Assembly: GCA_964598185.1 (NCBI GenBank)
Contig: CAZRAT010000002.1
Span: 3,769 to 56,840, forward strand
Origin: Candidatus Woesearchaeota archaeon
Lineage (GTDB): Archaea > Nanobdellota > Nanobdellia > Pacearchaeales > GW2011-AR1
Direction of reading: 5' to 3'
DNA length: 53,072 bases
Under the pieces are notes generated by a model, which worked only from the letters and a program-made list of their open reading frames with translations, did not search any database and had not been told where the DNA came from. The translations under genes and the position numbers were made by a program. Shown here one piece after another: positions 17,994 through 26,896 of this stretch (position 1 is the stretch's first letter; every line of letters starts with the position of its first letter).

Positions 17994-19334
17994 TTATAAT
18001 TTCAACTTCTGACCGTCTTGCATCAAGTGACATTGTTTGCCTATATCATAACCCATTTCTCTTGCAAGTTCAATCATAGGAGTTAGTTGTTGTGTTGAAC
18101 CATGGGCAGGAATTATGTGCTCAGGATTTACTATTGAAATTAAATCTCTTAAATCTTCTTTTCCTCCATGTCCTGAAACATGAACCTTGTCAAAAATTCT
18201 AACCCCTGATTTTTTTAATCTTTTATCCAACTGTCCTTTGCTTGCTATGTTTACTGGTACAGGAATTGTTTTTGACGCGAAAATTATATTATCATTTTGT
18301 GTAAATTCAAAAGGTAATTGTTTTCTTGAAAGCCGGTCCAAAATACTTCCTGACTCTCCTTGATGACCTGTACAAATAACTAAAGAATTTTCCCTATCTT
18401 TGCTGACTTTTTTTAAAATTGCTTCCACTTGTCTTTTATAACTTCCAATATAAATATCTTTATGGTAAGGACACATATTAACTTCTTTTGCAGCTGAAAG
18501 ATATTTATTCATGCTTCTCCCAATAACATAAACTTTTCTGTTAAGTTTTTTTGCATAATCAACTATGCTTTTTATCCTTGCTATATGTGAAGAAAATGTT
18601 GCGACAAAAATTGCGGATTTCTGGTTTTCGACTGTCATTAAAACTTCTTCTACCATTGCTCTTGCGATTTTCTCGCTTGGAGTTTTTCCCTCTGAACCAG
18701 AATAAAGTGAATCCACCACCAAAGCCTTTACACCTTGTTTTGCAATTCTTTTTAGTGCTTGATAATTTGGAGGTAACCCCATAACAGGAGTGTTGTCCAT
18801 TTTGAAATCATTTGCATACAAAACAATTCCTTCTGGAGTGTGCAAAGCCATCATTGAAGTTTGTATTGTAGAGTGCGTGGCATTAATGAATTCAACTTCG
18901 TAGTTCCTTTTTCCTTTTATAGTATAAGTAGAATTAGGGTTAACTGCTTTTATCTGATTTGGAATTTTTATTTTATCGTCCTGCAGGATTTTTTTCAGGA
19001 CAGTTGTTGTGAAAGGTGTTCCAACAACAGGGGCTTTATACCTATAACCTAAATATGGAATTGCCCCAATGTGATCTAAATGCGCGTGCCCTAAAAGAAT
19101 TGCCCTAACTTTGTTTCTTATTCCAAATTTATCTAAAATTAAATCATTTGGTAGTGCTCCAATGTTCCTTAATTTTTTTTCAGAGGGTATTGTTTGTCTT
19201 TCTTCTTGTTCTTGTAATTCAATAAGTGCAGGCAAGTGAACTCCTGCATCAAACATAACTGCATCATCCCCCATATCTACTACAGTCATATTTTTTCCTA
19301 CCTCATTAAATCCACCAATAGTATGTATTTCCAA
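17994..19334 (-). CDS. beta-CASP metallo-beta-lactamase ribonuclease, archaeal RNase J-like
   Basis: IGGFNEVGKNMTVV, LLGHAHLDHIGAIPYL, ~446 aa. Confidence 0.7.
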   Translation of the reverse strand: MEIHTIGGFNEVGKNMTVVDMGDDAVMFDAGVHLPALIELQEQEERQTIPSEKKLRNIGALPNDLILDKFGIRNKVRAILLGHAHLDHIGAIPYLGYRYKAPVVGTPFTTTVLKKILQDDKIKIPNQIKAVNPNSTYTIKGKRNYEVEFINATHSTIQTSMMALHTPEGIVLYANDFKMDNTPVMGLPPNYQALKRIAKQGVKALVVDSLYSGSEGKTPSEKIARAMVEEVLMTVENQKSAIFVATFSSHIARIKSIVDYAKKLNRKVYVIGRSMNKYLSAAKEVNMCPYHKDIYIGSYKRQVEAILKKVSKDRENSLVICTGHQGESGSILDRLSRKQLPFEFTQNDNIIFASKTIPVPVNIASKGQLDKRLKKSGVRIFDKVHVSGHGGKEDLRDLISIVNPEHIIPAHGSTQQLTPMIELAREMGYDIGKQCHLMQDGQKLKL

Positions 19335-19428
19335 TTTTTATTTTCCTCTTTTAATTAATTAGAATGTTTGGTTTAAAAATGTTTCAAGAGAACAATAAAA
19401 ATATAAAGTCCTCTTGAGATAAATAATT

Positions 19429-19707
19429 ATGAAATCACTTAAACCATCTGCTCGGGAAAAGAAAAGATATCTTCTTATTAAAGGAAAGAATTTGAAAACA
19501 AATATTCAGAATGCGATTTTGGATTTTATTGGGTTTTTGGGAATGTCAAAATGCGGTTTGAGTTGGATTAAAAGTGGAAAGGATTCAGCGGTTATTTGTA
19601 TAAATCGCGAGATGGTTGATTCTGTTCGTGCTGGGCTTTGTGTTTTTCCTGAAAAAATAAGTGTTGAGAAAGTTAGTGGGACCTTAAAGGGGTTGAGGAA
19701 GAAATAA
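19429..19707 (+). CDS. RNase P protein component 2 (Pop5/Rnp2)
   Basis: LKPSAREKKRYLLI and C-terminal KVSGTLKGLRKK resemble the recalled Pyrococcus Pop5 (LRDKKRYIAF...GVSGTIKRLKRK). First gene of the exosome superoperon. Confidence 0.65.
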   Translation: MKSLKPSAREKKRYLLIKGKNLKTNIQNAILDFIGFLGMSKCGLSWIKSGKDSAVICINREMVDSVRAGLCVFPEKISVEKVSGTLKGLRKK

Positions 19708-19799
19708 AGTTTTTCCACCAAAAACCTTTTAAATTGATAATATTTCTAAATTTGGTAGAGAAAAAACAAGATTAAATATTATAATTTCTCAATAATAAA

Positions 19800-20519
19800 A
19801 TGGATATGCCAATAGATATGCAACATCAAGCAATGGGTTATGACAGAACTGCGACTATGTTTTCGCCAGAAGGTCATTTGCTCCAAGTAGAATATGCAGA
19901 GAAAACAGTGCGACTTGGGAGTTCAAGTGTTGGAATGAAATGTTCTGACGGGGTGTTTATAATTGCTGACAAGAGAATAAAGGATAAATTAGTTGTTCAG
20001 GCGTCTGCGAATAAGATTCACGAAATTGATTCTCATATTATTGTAAGTGTCGCGGGAATTATTGCAGATGCGCGGGTTTTGATTGAAAGAACGCAGGTTT
20101 TGGCACAGCAACACAGAATAACTTATGATTCTGCTATAGAACCTGAATTAATTATCAAAGAAATTTCAAATATACAACAGCAGTTCACGCAATATGGTGG
20201 CGCAAGGCCATTCGGGGTTTCCCTAATGGTTGCAGGAGTTAATAATGGAACGCCTATGCTTTATGTGAGCGATATTACAGGGAATTATTTTTCTTACTAT
20301 GCAAATGCCATTGGAGAAAATGATGATAAGCTGAGAGAGAAATTAAGAGAAACATACAAACAAGACCTGACAATTAAGAAAGGCATAAAACTTGTTTTGG
20401 AAATATTTGAAGAAATTCAAGGAAAAGATTTTGACATTGAAAGATTTGAATTAGGTTATATTGAAGGCGAGGAAGGTAAATTAAAAAAATTAGAAGGGGA
20501 AAAGATAAAGGAAATTTAA
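19800..20519 (+). CDS. psmA: proteasome alpha subunit
   Basis: GYDRTATMFSPEGHLLQVEYA. Confidence 0.9.
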   Translation: MDMPIDMQHQAMGYDRTATMFSPEGHLLQVEYAEKTVRLGSSSVGMKCSDGVFIIADKRIKDKLVVQASANKIHEIDSHIIVSVAGIIADARVLIERTQVLAQQHRITYDSAIEPELIIKEISNIQQQFTQYGGARPFGVSLMVAGVNNGTPMLYVSDITGNYFSYYANAIGENDDKLREKLRETYKQDLTIKKGIKLVLEIFEEIQGKDFDIERFELGYIEGEEGKLKKLEGEKIKEI

Positions 20520-20520
20520 A

Positions 20521-20694
20521 ATGAGAGAAGAGATAAATGAACATCATTTTAAAATAACTTATGAAGATATCTTGGGAAACAGAAAATATATTAGAGAAGA
20601 AATATATAATCCTCTTGGGTTGGCCTGGGTAAATCTTTTTTTTGAAGATAATTCTCCAAAAATTTTTAAAAAATTATCTAAGAAATTAAATTAA
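20521..20694 (+). CDS. small hypothetical protein (57 aa)
   Basis: ATG one nt after the psmA stop. Hand translation: MREEINEHHFKITYEDILGNRKYIREEIYNPLGLAWVNLFFEDNSPKIFKKLSKKLN. Confidence 0.3.
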   Translation: MREEINEHHFKITYEDILGNRKYIREEIYNPLGLAWVNLFFEDNSPKIFKKLSKKLN

Positions 20695-20757
20695 AATGAC
20701 ACAAAGTAAATATAAAATTTTCATTGCACAATTATGTAAATTAATTGGAGTGGCATA

Positions 20758-21429
20758 ATGACGCAAACATTAGCAAGAATAAAACAAGCAGGAAAGAACT
20801 TTGAGATATTGGTTAATTTAGATGATGCCTTGAAATTTAAGAAAGGTGAATCTGATTTTATTGAGGCTGAGGGAGACAAAATTTTTACTGATTCAAAAAA
20901 AGGCGAGGTTGCGTCTGGTGCTGATTTGCAAAGTGCGTTTGCCACAAAAGATGTTAAGGAAATTGTTGAAAAGATAATTAAGAATGGTGAGGTTCTTGTT
21001 ACGCAGGAGCAAAGGAGTGCTGAGCAGGAGCAAAGGTTTAAACAAGTTGTTGATTTTCTTGTGAGTAATTCTGTGGATCCTCAAACTGGGAATCCACACA
21101 CAAGCGAAAGAGTTAAAAACGCTCTGAAACAATCTCATGTTAACATAAAGAATACAAACGTAGAAAACCAAATTAAAGATATTCTTTTAGAAATAAGTAA
21201 AATTATTCCGATTAAACTTGAAACAAAGAAAGTCAAGATAACTGTTCCTGCAATTCACACAGGAAAAGCTTATGGAATAATAAGTCAATACAAAGACCAA
21301 GAAAAATGGCTTGACGACGGAAGTTTGGAAGTTGTTGTCGAGGTTCCTTCGGGAATAATCATGGACTTTTATGACAAACTAAATTCAGTTACGCATGGAA
21401 GTGCAATAACAGAAGATATAAAACAATAA
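20758..21429 (+). CDS. SBDS/Sdo1 family ribosome maturation protein
   Basis: LARIKQAGKNFEILVNLDDALKFKKGE. Its position matches the conserved superoperon order. Confidence 0.8.
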   Translation: MTQTLARIKQAGKNFEILVNLDDALKFKKGESDFIEAEGDKIFTDSKKGEVASGADLQSAFATKDVKEIVEKIIKNGEVLVTQEQRSAEQEQRFKQVVDFLVSNSVDPQTGNPHTSERVKNALKQSHVNIKNTNVENQIKDILLEISKIIPIKLETKKVKITVPAIHTGKAYGIISQYKDQEKWLDDGSLEVVVEVPSGIIMDFYDKLNSVTHGSAITEDIKQ

Positions 21430-21433
21430 TAAA

Positions 21434-22099
21434 ATGACAGAAAGAAAAATAATAATACCTGGAGAAAAGATTGTTGATAGCGGAGATTTTTTGCCGGGCG
21501 AGGGAACAGAAAAGAGGGATGACGGGATTTATGCTTTGAGATTTGGGCTTGCTGAAACATTGGATAAATTAGTTAAAGTTATTCCGTTGTCAGGAGTTTA
21601 TAGTCCGCGAAGAGGAAATGTTGTTATTGGTAAAGTTGAAGAAATTACTTTTAATGGATGGATAATTAATATTAATGCTTCTAGGACTGCGTTTTTGTCT
21701 TTGATGGAAGTTCCGCGATATGTGAATAAGGACGAGCTTGATGAAGTTATGGATATCGGGGACATGGCAGTTGTTAAAATTTGGGGAATAAATAAACGAG
21801 GAATTGATGTGAGTCTTAAATCACGGGGGCTTGGTAAGATTGAAGATGGAATAATTATAGAAGTAAATCCGCACAAAGTTCCGAGGATTATTGGTAAAGA
21901 AGGTAGCATGATAAAATTAATAAAAGATAATACAAAATGCGATATTGTTGTTGGACAAAATGGTTTGATTTGGATAAGTGGCGATAAAGTAGAAGAAGAA
22001 TTGTCGGCCAAAGAAGCAATTTTGCATGTGGCTGAAAAATGTTTTGTGAGTGGTTTGACAGAAGAAATGGAGAAATATTTTAAGGGGGGGAAGAAATGA
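21434..22099 (+). CDS. rrp4: exosome RNA-binding subunit Rrp4 (S1 + KH)
   Basis: S1-like GNVVIGKVEEI...W.ININ and KH IIGKEGSMIKLIK. Confidence 0.85.
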   Translation: MTERKIIIPGEKIVDSGDFLPGEGTEKRDDGIYALRFGLAETLDKLVKVIPLSGVYSPRRGNVVIGKVEEITFNGWIININASRTAFLSLMEVPRYVNKDELDEVMDIGDMAVVKIWGINKRGIDVSLKSRGLGKIEDGIIIEVNPHKVPRIIGKEGSMIKLIKDNTKCDIVVGQNGLIWISGDKVEEELSAKEAILHVAEKCFVSGLTEEMEKYFKGGKK

Positions 22100-22117
22100 C
22101 TTGTTTAGAAAATTCAT

Positions 22118-22933
22118 GTGGAGAGTGTTCAGGATACCAAACCTCTGGGACAAATTATGGATCCCAATACGAAGATGAAGAAGATACAAATAAATATGCA
22201 AGAAAACAAACACAATATTAAAATGGCAGAAATAAAAAGACAAAGTGGAAGAAAAGCCGACGAGATAAGACCGATTAGTGCAAAAGTTGGAATTATTCCG
22301 AATGCAAATGGAAGTGCAATGTTTCAATCAGGAAACACAATTGCGATTGCAGCGGTTTATGGGCCAAAAGAGCACCATCCTAGAAATCAGAGAAATCCAG
22401 CAAAGGGAACTTTGAGATGCACTTACAACATGATGAGTTTTTCTGTAACAGACAGGATAAGACCTGGACCAAACAGAAGAAGTACTGAAATAAGTAAGAT
22501 TACAGAATGGGCTTTGGAGCCTGTTGTGATGTTAGAAGATTATCCTGGAATGGTTGTTGATGTTCATATTCACATGACTCAGGCCGACGCTGGAACAAGA
22601 TGCGCAGGAATTAACGCGGCTGCAATGGCTTTGGCACACGCAGGAATCCCAATGAAAAACATGGTTTCAAGTATTGCTGCAGGAAAACTTGACAAAACAA
22701 TTGTTTTGGACTTGGACAAATACGAAGATTCAGAGTTTGAAGACGGCGAGGGTTCAACAGACATTCCAATTACTTTTACAAATGATGGAAAGTTAACTCA
22801 TATTCAAGTTGATGGGCATATTACAACAGAGCAATTAAAACAAGCTATGAAAATGGCAAGAGAAGCAAGCAAGAAAATTTATGAAGTCCAGAAACAGGCT
22901 TTGAAAGATAGTTTAGTAGGAGATTTAAAATGA
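22118..22933 (+). CDS. rrp41: exosome RNase PH subunit Rrp41 (start uncertain; in-frame ATGs at 22157 and later)
   Basis: GRKADEIRPI..KVG, NGSAMFQSGNT, ADAGTRCAGINAA. Confidence 0.85.
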   Translation: MESVQDTKPLGQIMDPNTKMKKIQINMQENKHNIKMAEIKRQSGRKADEIRPISAKVGIIPNANGSAMFQSGNTIAIAAVYGPKEHHPRNQRNPAKGTLRCTYNMMSFSVTDRIRPGPNRRSTEISKITEWALEPVVMLEDYPGMVVDVHIHMTQADAGTRCAGINAAAMALAHAGIPMKNMVSSIAAGKLDKTIVLDLDKYEDSEFEDGEGSTDIPITFTNDGKLTHIQVDGHITTEQLKQAMKMAREASKKIYEVQKQALKDSLVGDLK

Positions 22934-23736
22934 TTGAACAAACAACATCAAATATAACAAAGAAAAGAATTCAAGAATATTTAGAACAAGGTAAAAGATT
23001 TGATGGTCGAGAACTTAATGAATTTAGAGATTTAAGTATTGAAACAGGTGTTTCAAAAAATGCTGATGGTTCTGCGAGAGTAAAAATTGGAAACACAGAA
23101 GTTTTGGTTGGGGTTAAGATGAATGTTGGAACTCCTTATTCTGACTCTCCTGGAAAAGGAAACATGATGGTAACTTCTGAATTGCTTCCATTGAGTTCTC
23201 CAAGGTTTGAAAATGGCCCGCCTAAATTTCCTGCAATTGAGGTTGCAAGAGTTATTGATAGAGGAATAAGGGAATGTGGATTTATTGATTTTGATAAGTT
23301 ATGCATTAAAGAAGGGGAGAAGGTTTGGACAGTTTTCATAGACATTTATTCAATAAACGACGACGGAAACTTATTAGATGCTGCCGGGATTGGAGCAGTT
23401 GCTGCTTTAAGAAATGCAAAAATTCCAAAGTATGATGAAGAAGAAGAGAAAGTTTTATTTGGTGAATTGACTGATAAGAGTTTGCCTATAAAAAAGGACT
23501 TTCCAATTTCAATTACTTTTCATAAAGTTGGGAAGAATATAATTGTTGATCCAACAAGAGAAGAAGAAGATGTTGGGGAAACAAGAATCACAATTGGAAG
23601 TTCAAATGGCATTATCTCTTCAATGCAAAAAGGAAATTCAGAAGCAATTGAAGTCGAAGAGTTTGAAAAAGTTTTAGATATGTTGGATAAGACTTGGAAG
23701 GATATATTTAAAAAAATTGAAAAGGCAGTTAAGTAA
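22930..23736 (+). CDS. rrp42: exosome RNase PH-like subunit Rrp42
   Basis: RFDGRELNEFRD, ADGSARVKIGNTEV. 4-nt overlap with rrp41. Confidence 0.85.
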   Translation: MIEQTTSNITKKRIQEYLEQGKRFDGRELNEFRDLSIETGVSKNADGSARVKIGNTEVLVGVKMNVGTPYSDSPGKGNMMVTSELLPLSSPRFENGPPKFPAIEVARVIDRGIRECGFIDFDKLCIKEGEKVWTVFIDIYSINDDGNLLDAAGIGAVAALRNAKIPKYDEEEEKVLFGELTDKSLPIKKDFPISITFHKVGKNIIVDPTREEEDVGETRITIGSSNGIISSMQKGNSEAIEVEEFEKVLDMLDKTWKDIFKKIEKAVK

Positions 23737-23737
23737 G

Positions 23738-24112
23738 ATGACACAAAAACAAGAATTTACAAAATATGAACAAGCAAGAATTCTTGGAGCAAGAGCTTTA
23801 CAGATTGCGACAAATGCTCCTCTATTAATTAAAATTAGTAATGAAGATTTGGAAAAAATTAAGTTCGATGCGTTGAAAATTGCAGAAGTTGAGTTGAATT
23901 CGAACATTCTTCCTATTTCTGTTAAAAAACCTTTTCCTGAAAGAAAAGATGAAAAGTTAAAAAGATTTAAGGAACAAAAAATAGATGATAGGAAAATTGA
24001 AGAAATAGACGCAAAAGAAGAAGAAGAGATTGCTAAGGAAGGAGAGATTATGGCTTTGGCAAATCCTGAGGATGAAAAAGATGAAGAAAGTGGAAGTGGA
24101 GAAGAGGAATAA
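23738..24112 (+). CDS. rpoK: RNA polymerase subunit K (Rpo6) with a long acidic/lysine-rich C-terminal tail
   Basis: TKYEQARILGARALQIATNAPLLI. The ATG at 23738 follows the rrp42 stop. Confidence 0.8.
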   Translation: MTQKQEFTKYEQARILGARALQIATNAPLLIKISNEDLEKIKFDALKIAEVELNSNILPISVKKPFPERKDEKLKRFKEQKIDDRKIEEIDAKEEEEIAKEGEIMALANPEDEKDEESGSGEEE

Positions 24113-24142
24113 TTTTATAAAAACAAATTTCTTTTATTATTT

Positions 24143-25336
24143 ATGAATATAAAAGGTGTGTCTGCGTGCGAGATTTTGGATTCTAGAAAAGAGAAGACAA
24201 TTTTAATTTCAATTAAAACAAATGTCGGAGAGTTTTCTGCCTCTGCTCCGAATGGAAAGTCAACAGGAAAGCATGCGAAAAAGACTTATAAAAAAAATCT
24301 TGAGGGAGATATTGAAACAATAAAAAAATTTAGTGATTATTTTTCCGAAGAGGTTTTTGAGAAGTTTGATGATTTAAAAAGAACTGAAGATATTGTGGAT
24401 AGGCATATTGGGGCGAACACTCTTTTTGCATTAGAGTCTGCGATTTTGAAAGCAATTGCATCTGAACAAAAAAAACAGGTTTGGGAATTAATTAATAGCT
24501 CGGCTAAACTATCTCCAAGATTAGTTGGAAATTGTATTGGTGGAGGAGCACATTCTTCTTCAGACAAAAAACCCGATTTTCAGGAATTCTTATTGATTCC
24601 AAAATCAAAATCTGTAAAAGAATCTTTTGAAATAAATAAAAAATTAAAAAAGGGTGCTGAAAAAATTTTGGGAGAAGAAGATAAAAAGTTTAATAGTAAA
24701 AAAAATGACGAGAATGCTTGGATGACTTCTTTGAATGAAAAAGAAGTTTTGGATATTTTGAAGAAGTTAAAAACTCCCTTGGGGTTGGATGTTGCAGGTT
24801 CAAGTTTTTACAAAAGAAAAAATTACCAGTACAAAAATCCTCTGTTAAGAAGAAATGAAAAAGAGCAGTTAGGATATTTGAGTAATTTGATTAAGAATTT
24901 TAATTTGTTTTATATTGAAGATGCTTTTGAAGAAAATGATTTCGAGTCTCATGCTAAGTTGTTACGCCTCCTGGCGTACCTCTCTATACAGCGTACTGGG
25001 GCAAAGAAATTTCCTGGAATTTTAATTGTTGGTGATGATTTAATTGTAACAAATCATAAAAGACTTGAGAAAGCCATTCAAATGAAGAGCATTAATGCTG
25101 TGATTGTAAAACCAAATCAAATTGGTTCCTTGCTTGATGTGAAAAAAGTTTGTGTGTTGGCTAAGGAAAATAATATTAAAATAGTTTTTTCTCATCGTAG
25201 TGGCGAGACAGAAGAAAATATTTTGGCGGATTTAGCTTTTGGTTTTCAGGCTGATTTTTTTAAATGTGGAATTGATGGAGATGTTAGAGAAGGGAAAATA
25301 AAAAGGCTGATAGAGATTGAAAAGAGTTTGAAGTAG
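24143..25336 (+). CDS. eno: enolase (divergent)
   Basis: ACEILDSRKE, APNGKSTGKHA, IEDAFEE, VGDDLIVTN, VKPNQIGS, SHRSGETEE. Confidence 0.85.
   Translation: MNIKGVSACEILDSRKEKTILISIKTNVGEFSASAPNGKSTGKHAKKTYKKNLEGDIETIKKFSDYFSEEVFEKFDDLKRTEDIVDRHIGANTLFALESAILKAIASEQKKQVWELINSSAKLSPRLVGNCIGGGAHSSSDKKPDFQEFLLIPKSKSVKESFEINKKLKKGAEKILGEEDKKFNSKKNDENAWMTSLNEKEVLDILKKLKTPLGLDVAGSSFYKRKNYQYKNPLLRRNEKEQLGYLSNLIKNFNLFYIEDAFEENDFESHAKLLRLLAYLSIQRTGAKKFPGILIVGDDLIVTNHKRLEKAIQMKSINAVIVKPNQIGSLLDVKKVCVLAKENNIKIVFSHRSGETEENILADLAFGFQADFFKCGIDGDVREGKIKRLIEIEKSLK
24961..25003 (+). repeat. GC-rich in-frame insertion in enolase, possibly related to the 49-nt element
   Basis: GTTACGCCTCCTGGCGTACCTCTCTATACAGCGTACTGGGGCA. 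Shares the 10-mer GGCGTACCTC with the L31e copy. Contains GCGTAC twice. Confidence 0.4.
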
Positions 25337-25350
25337 GAAGGTTTAAAAAA
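25336..25350 (+). promoter_or_regulatory. BRE/TATA promoter (GGAAGGTTTAAAAAA)
   Basis: ~25 nt upstream of the ATG at 25371. Confidence 0.5.
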
Positions 25351-25370
25351 TAATTTCCCTTTAGTTATAC

Positions 25371-25637
25371 ATGAGAAATCAATGGATGGCAATTACTTCT
25401 TTAATAGTCGCAATATTAGGAGGATTATTTATATTTTTAGGAGGCATTGGCCTTCTTTTAAGTTTTCTAGCTTCAATTTTAGCAATAATTTTTGGTTGGA
25501 TTTTTTTAGCAAATAAAGAAAATAAAGAAAAGAGAGGGTTAGCAATAACAGGGATTATTATTGGAGGAGCAGTTTTACTTTTTTCTATTCTGATATTCAT
25601 AGTTGCTCTTTCTTTTGAATTTCCTTTTTTATCTTAG
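25371..25637 (+). CDS. small membrane protein (DUF4190-like)
   Basis: Two glycine-rich hydrophobic hairpins separated by a basic loop. Confidence 0.5.
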   Translation: MRNQWMAITSLIVAILGGLFIFLGGIGLLLSFLASILAIIFGWIFLANKENKEKRGLAITGIIIGGAVLLFSILIFIVALSFEFPFLS

Positions 25638-25679
25638 AACTAACACAACTTTTATAAATCAATTTTCATCTGGTTTCTT

Positions 25680-26657
25680 ATGGTAGATGTTATAAAAACT
25701 ATTGCACCACAGGCGTACCCTGAAGAATCTTCCAAGAAGATTCTTACTAAGGGCAAAGAAAATGTTGAAGAAGTCTTAGATGAAGTTGTTGAGAATTTGG
25801 CACCCAACCAAGTAGGTCCAGGGGAGGGTGTACCCTCTGTAAAAGAAGATATAAATACAGAGGGCAAAGATTTAACAAAGGAAGCTGAGCAGATTTCTTT
25901 AGATACAGAACAAGAAGAATCAAAATCAATAGCAAAAGAGAAAGCTGACGCTCTTTCCTCAACAGATATTGAGAAAAAGAAAAAAGAACTTTTGAAAAAG
26001 GTTAAGAAACTTTCTGAAAAGGTTGATGTTGTTGCAACAAAGGATTTGAAAGAGCAGGTTAAGTTAAAGAAAAGGGCAGATATGCTGATTCCTCTTGAAG
26101 ATTATATTAAGACAGGTATTTATTTGGGAACAAAAGTTGTTACGCCGAACATGAAGCCGTTTGTTTACCGAAGAAGAGCAGATGGTTTGGCTATTTTTAA
26201 TACTGACTTAATTGACGAAAAATTAAAAGAAGGAATTGAATACTTATCAAAATTTGCGCCAGAAGATGTTATTCTTGCCTGTAAAAGACAAGCAGGATGG
26301 AAAGCAGCGAAGATGTTTTCTAAATATACCGGAATACAAGTATTCACAAAAAAATATCCTGCAGGAATTTTAACAAACACAGATTTACCTAACTTTTTTG
26401 AAAATGAGTTGACAATTGTTTGTGATTCGTGGCTTGACAGAAATGCTTTGAATGATACAGTAAATGTAAGGAAAAAAGTTTTGATGGTTAGCGACACAAA
26501 TAATTTTACAAAAGGAGCAGACCAAATTATTATTGGGAATAATAAATCTGAAAAAAGTTTGGGCGTGATTTTTTATTTATTAGCAAGAGGATATTGTAAG
26601 GCGAGAAAAATTGAAACAAATATCCCTGATTTGGAAATTTGGACTGGGGAAGAATAA
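25680..26657 (+). CDS. rps2: ribosomal protein S2 (uS2) with a ~125-aa K/E-rich N-terminal extension
   Basis: The core starts near LIPLEDYIKTGIYLGTK. TTTATAAA lies 25 nt upstream of the ATG at 25680. Confidence 0.9.
   Translation: MVDVIKTIAPQAYPEESSKKILTKGKENVEEVLDEVVENLAPNQVGPGEGVPSVKEDINTEGKDLTKEAEQISLDTEQEESKSIAKEKADALSSTDIEKKKKELLKKVKKLSEKVDVVATKDLKEQVKLKKRADMLIPLEDYIKTGIYLGTKVVTPNMKPFVYRRRADGLAIFNTDLIDEKLKEGIEYLSKFAPEDVILACKRQAGWKAAKMFSKYTGIQVFTKKYPAGILTNTDLPNFFENELTIVCDSWLDRNALNDTVNVRKKVLMVSDTNNFTKGADQIIIGNNKSEKSLGVIFYLLARGYCKARKIETNIPDLEIWTGEE
25800..25866 (+). repeat. in-frame palindromic element, S2 copy (49-nt core plus an 18-nt internal extra)
   Basis: GCACCCA[ACCAAGTAGGTCCAGGGG]AGGGTGTACCCTCTGTAAAAGAAGATATAAATACAGAGGGCA. 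The 9-bp inverted repeat is 25833..25841 / 25856..25864. Confidence 0.8.
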
Positions 26658-26687
26658 AGTTTATTAATTCTCAAGTGATAACAAAAC

Positions 26688-26701
26688 AAAAGGTTTAAAT
26701 A
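26688..26701 (+). promoter_or_regulatory. BRE/TATA promoter (AAAAGGTTTAAATA)
   Basis: ~25 nt upstream of the ATG at 26723. Confidence 0.5.
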
Positions 26702-26722
26702 GTCCAAATTAATAAAAGAATT

Positions 26723-26896
26723 ATGGAAAACACTAATTTAGAATTAAAAAAAGTTCCAAGGACAAATGAATCAGTTGATAAACAATTTGTTAGAAAAACA
26801 ATAGAAGATTTTAGAGATAATCTTGTTGTATCAATAAATCCTTTTCAAGAAATAGATAAATATAATAAATCTGAAAAAATTATTGAAAACATTTGA
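26723..26896 (+). CDS. hypothetical protein, probable 5-prime part of a frame-split gene
   Basis: The ATG has a well-placed promoter. This 57-codon ORF overlaps the next ORF, which has no ATG start. Confidence 0.4.
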   Translation: MENTNLELKKVPRTNESVDKQFVRKTIEDFRDNLVVSINPFQEIDKYNKSEKIIENI

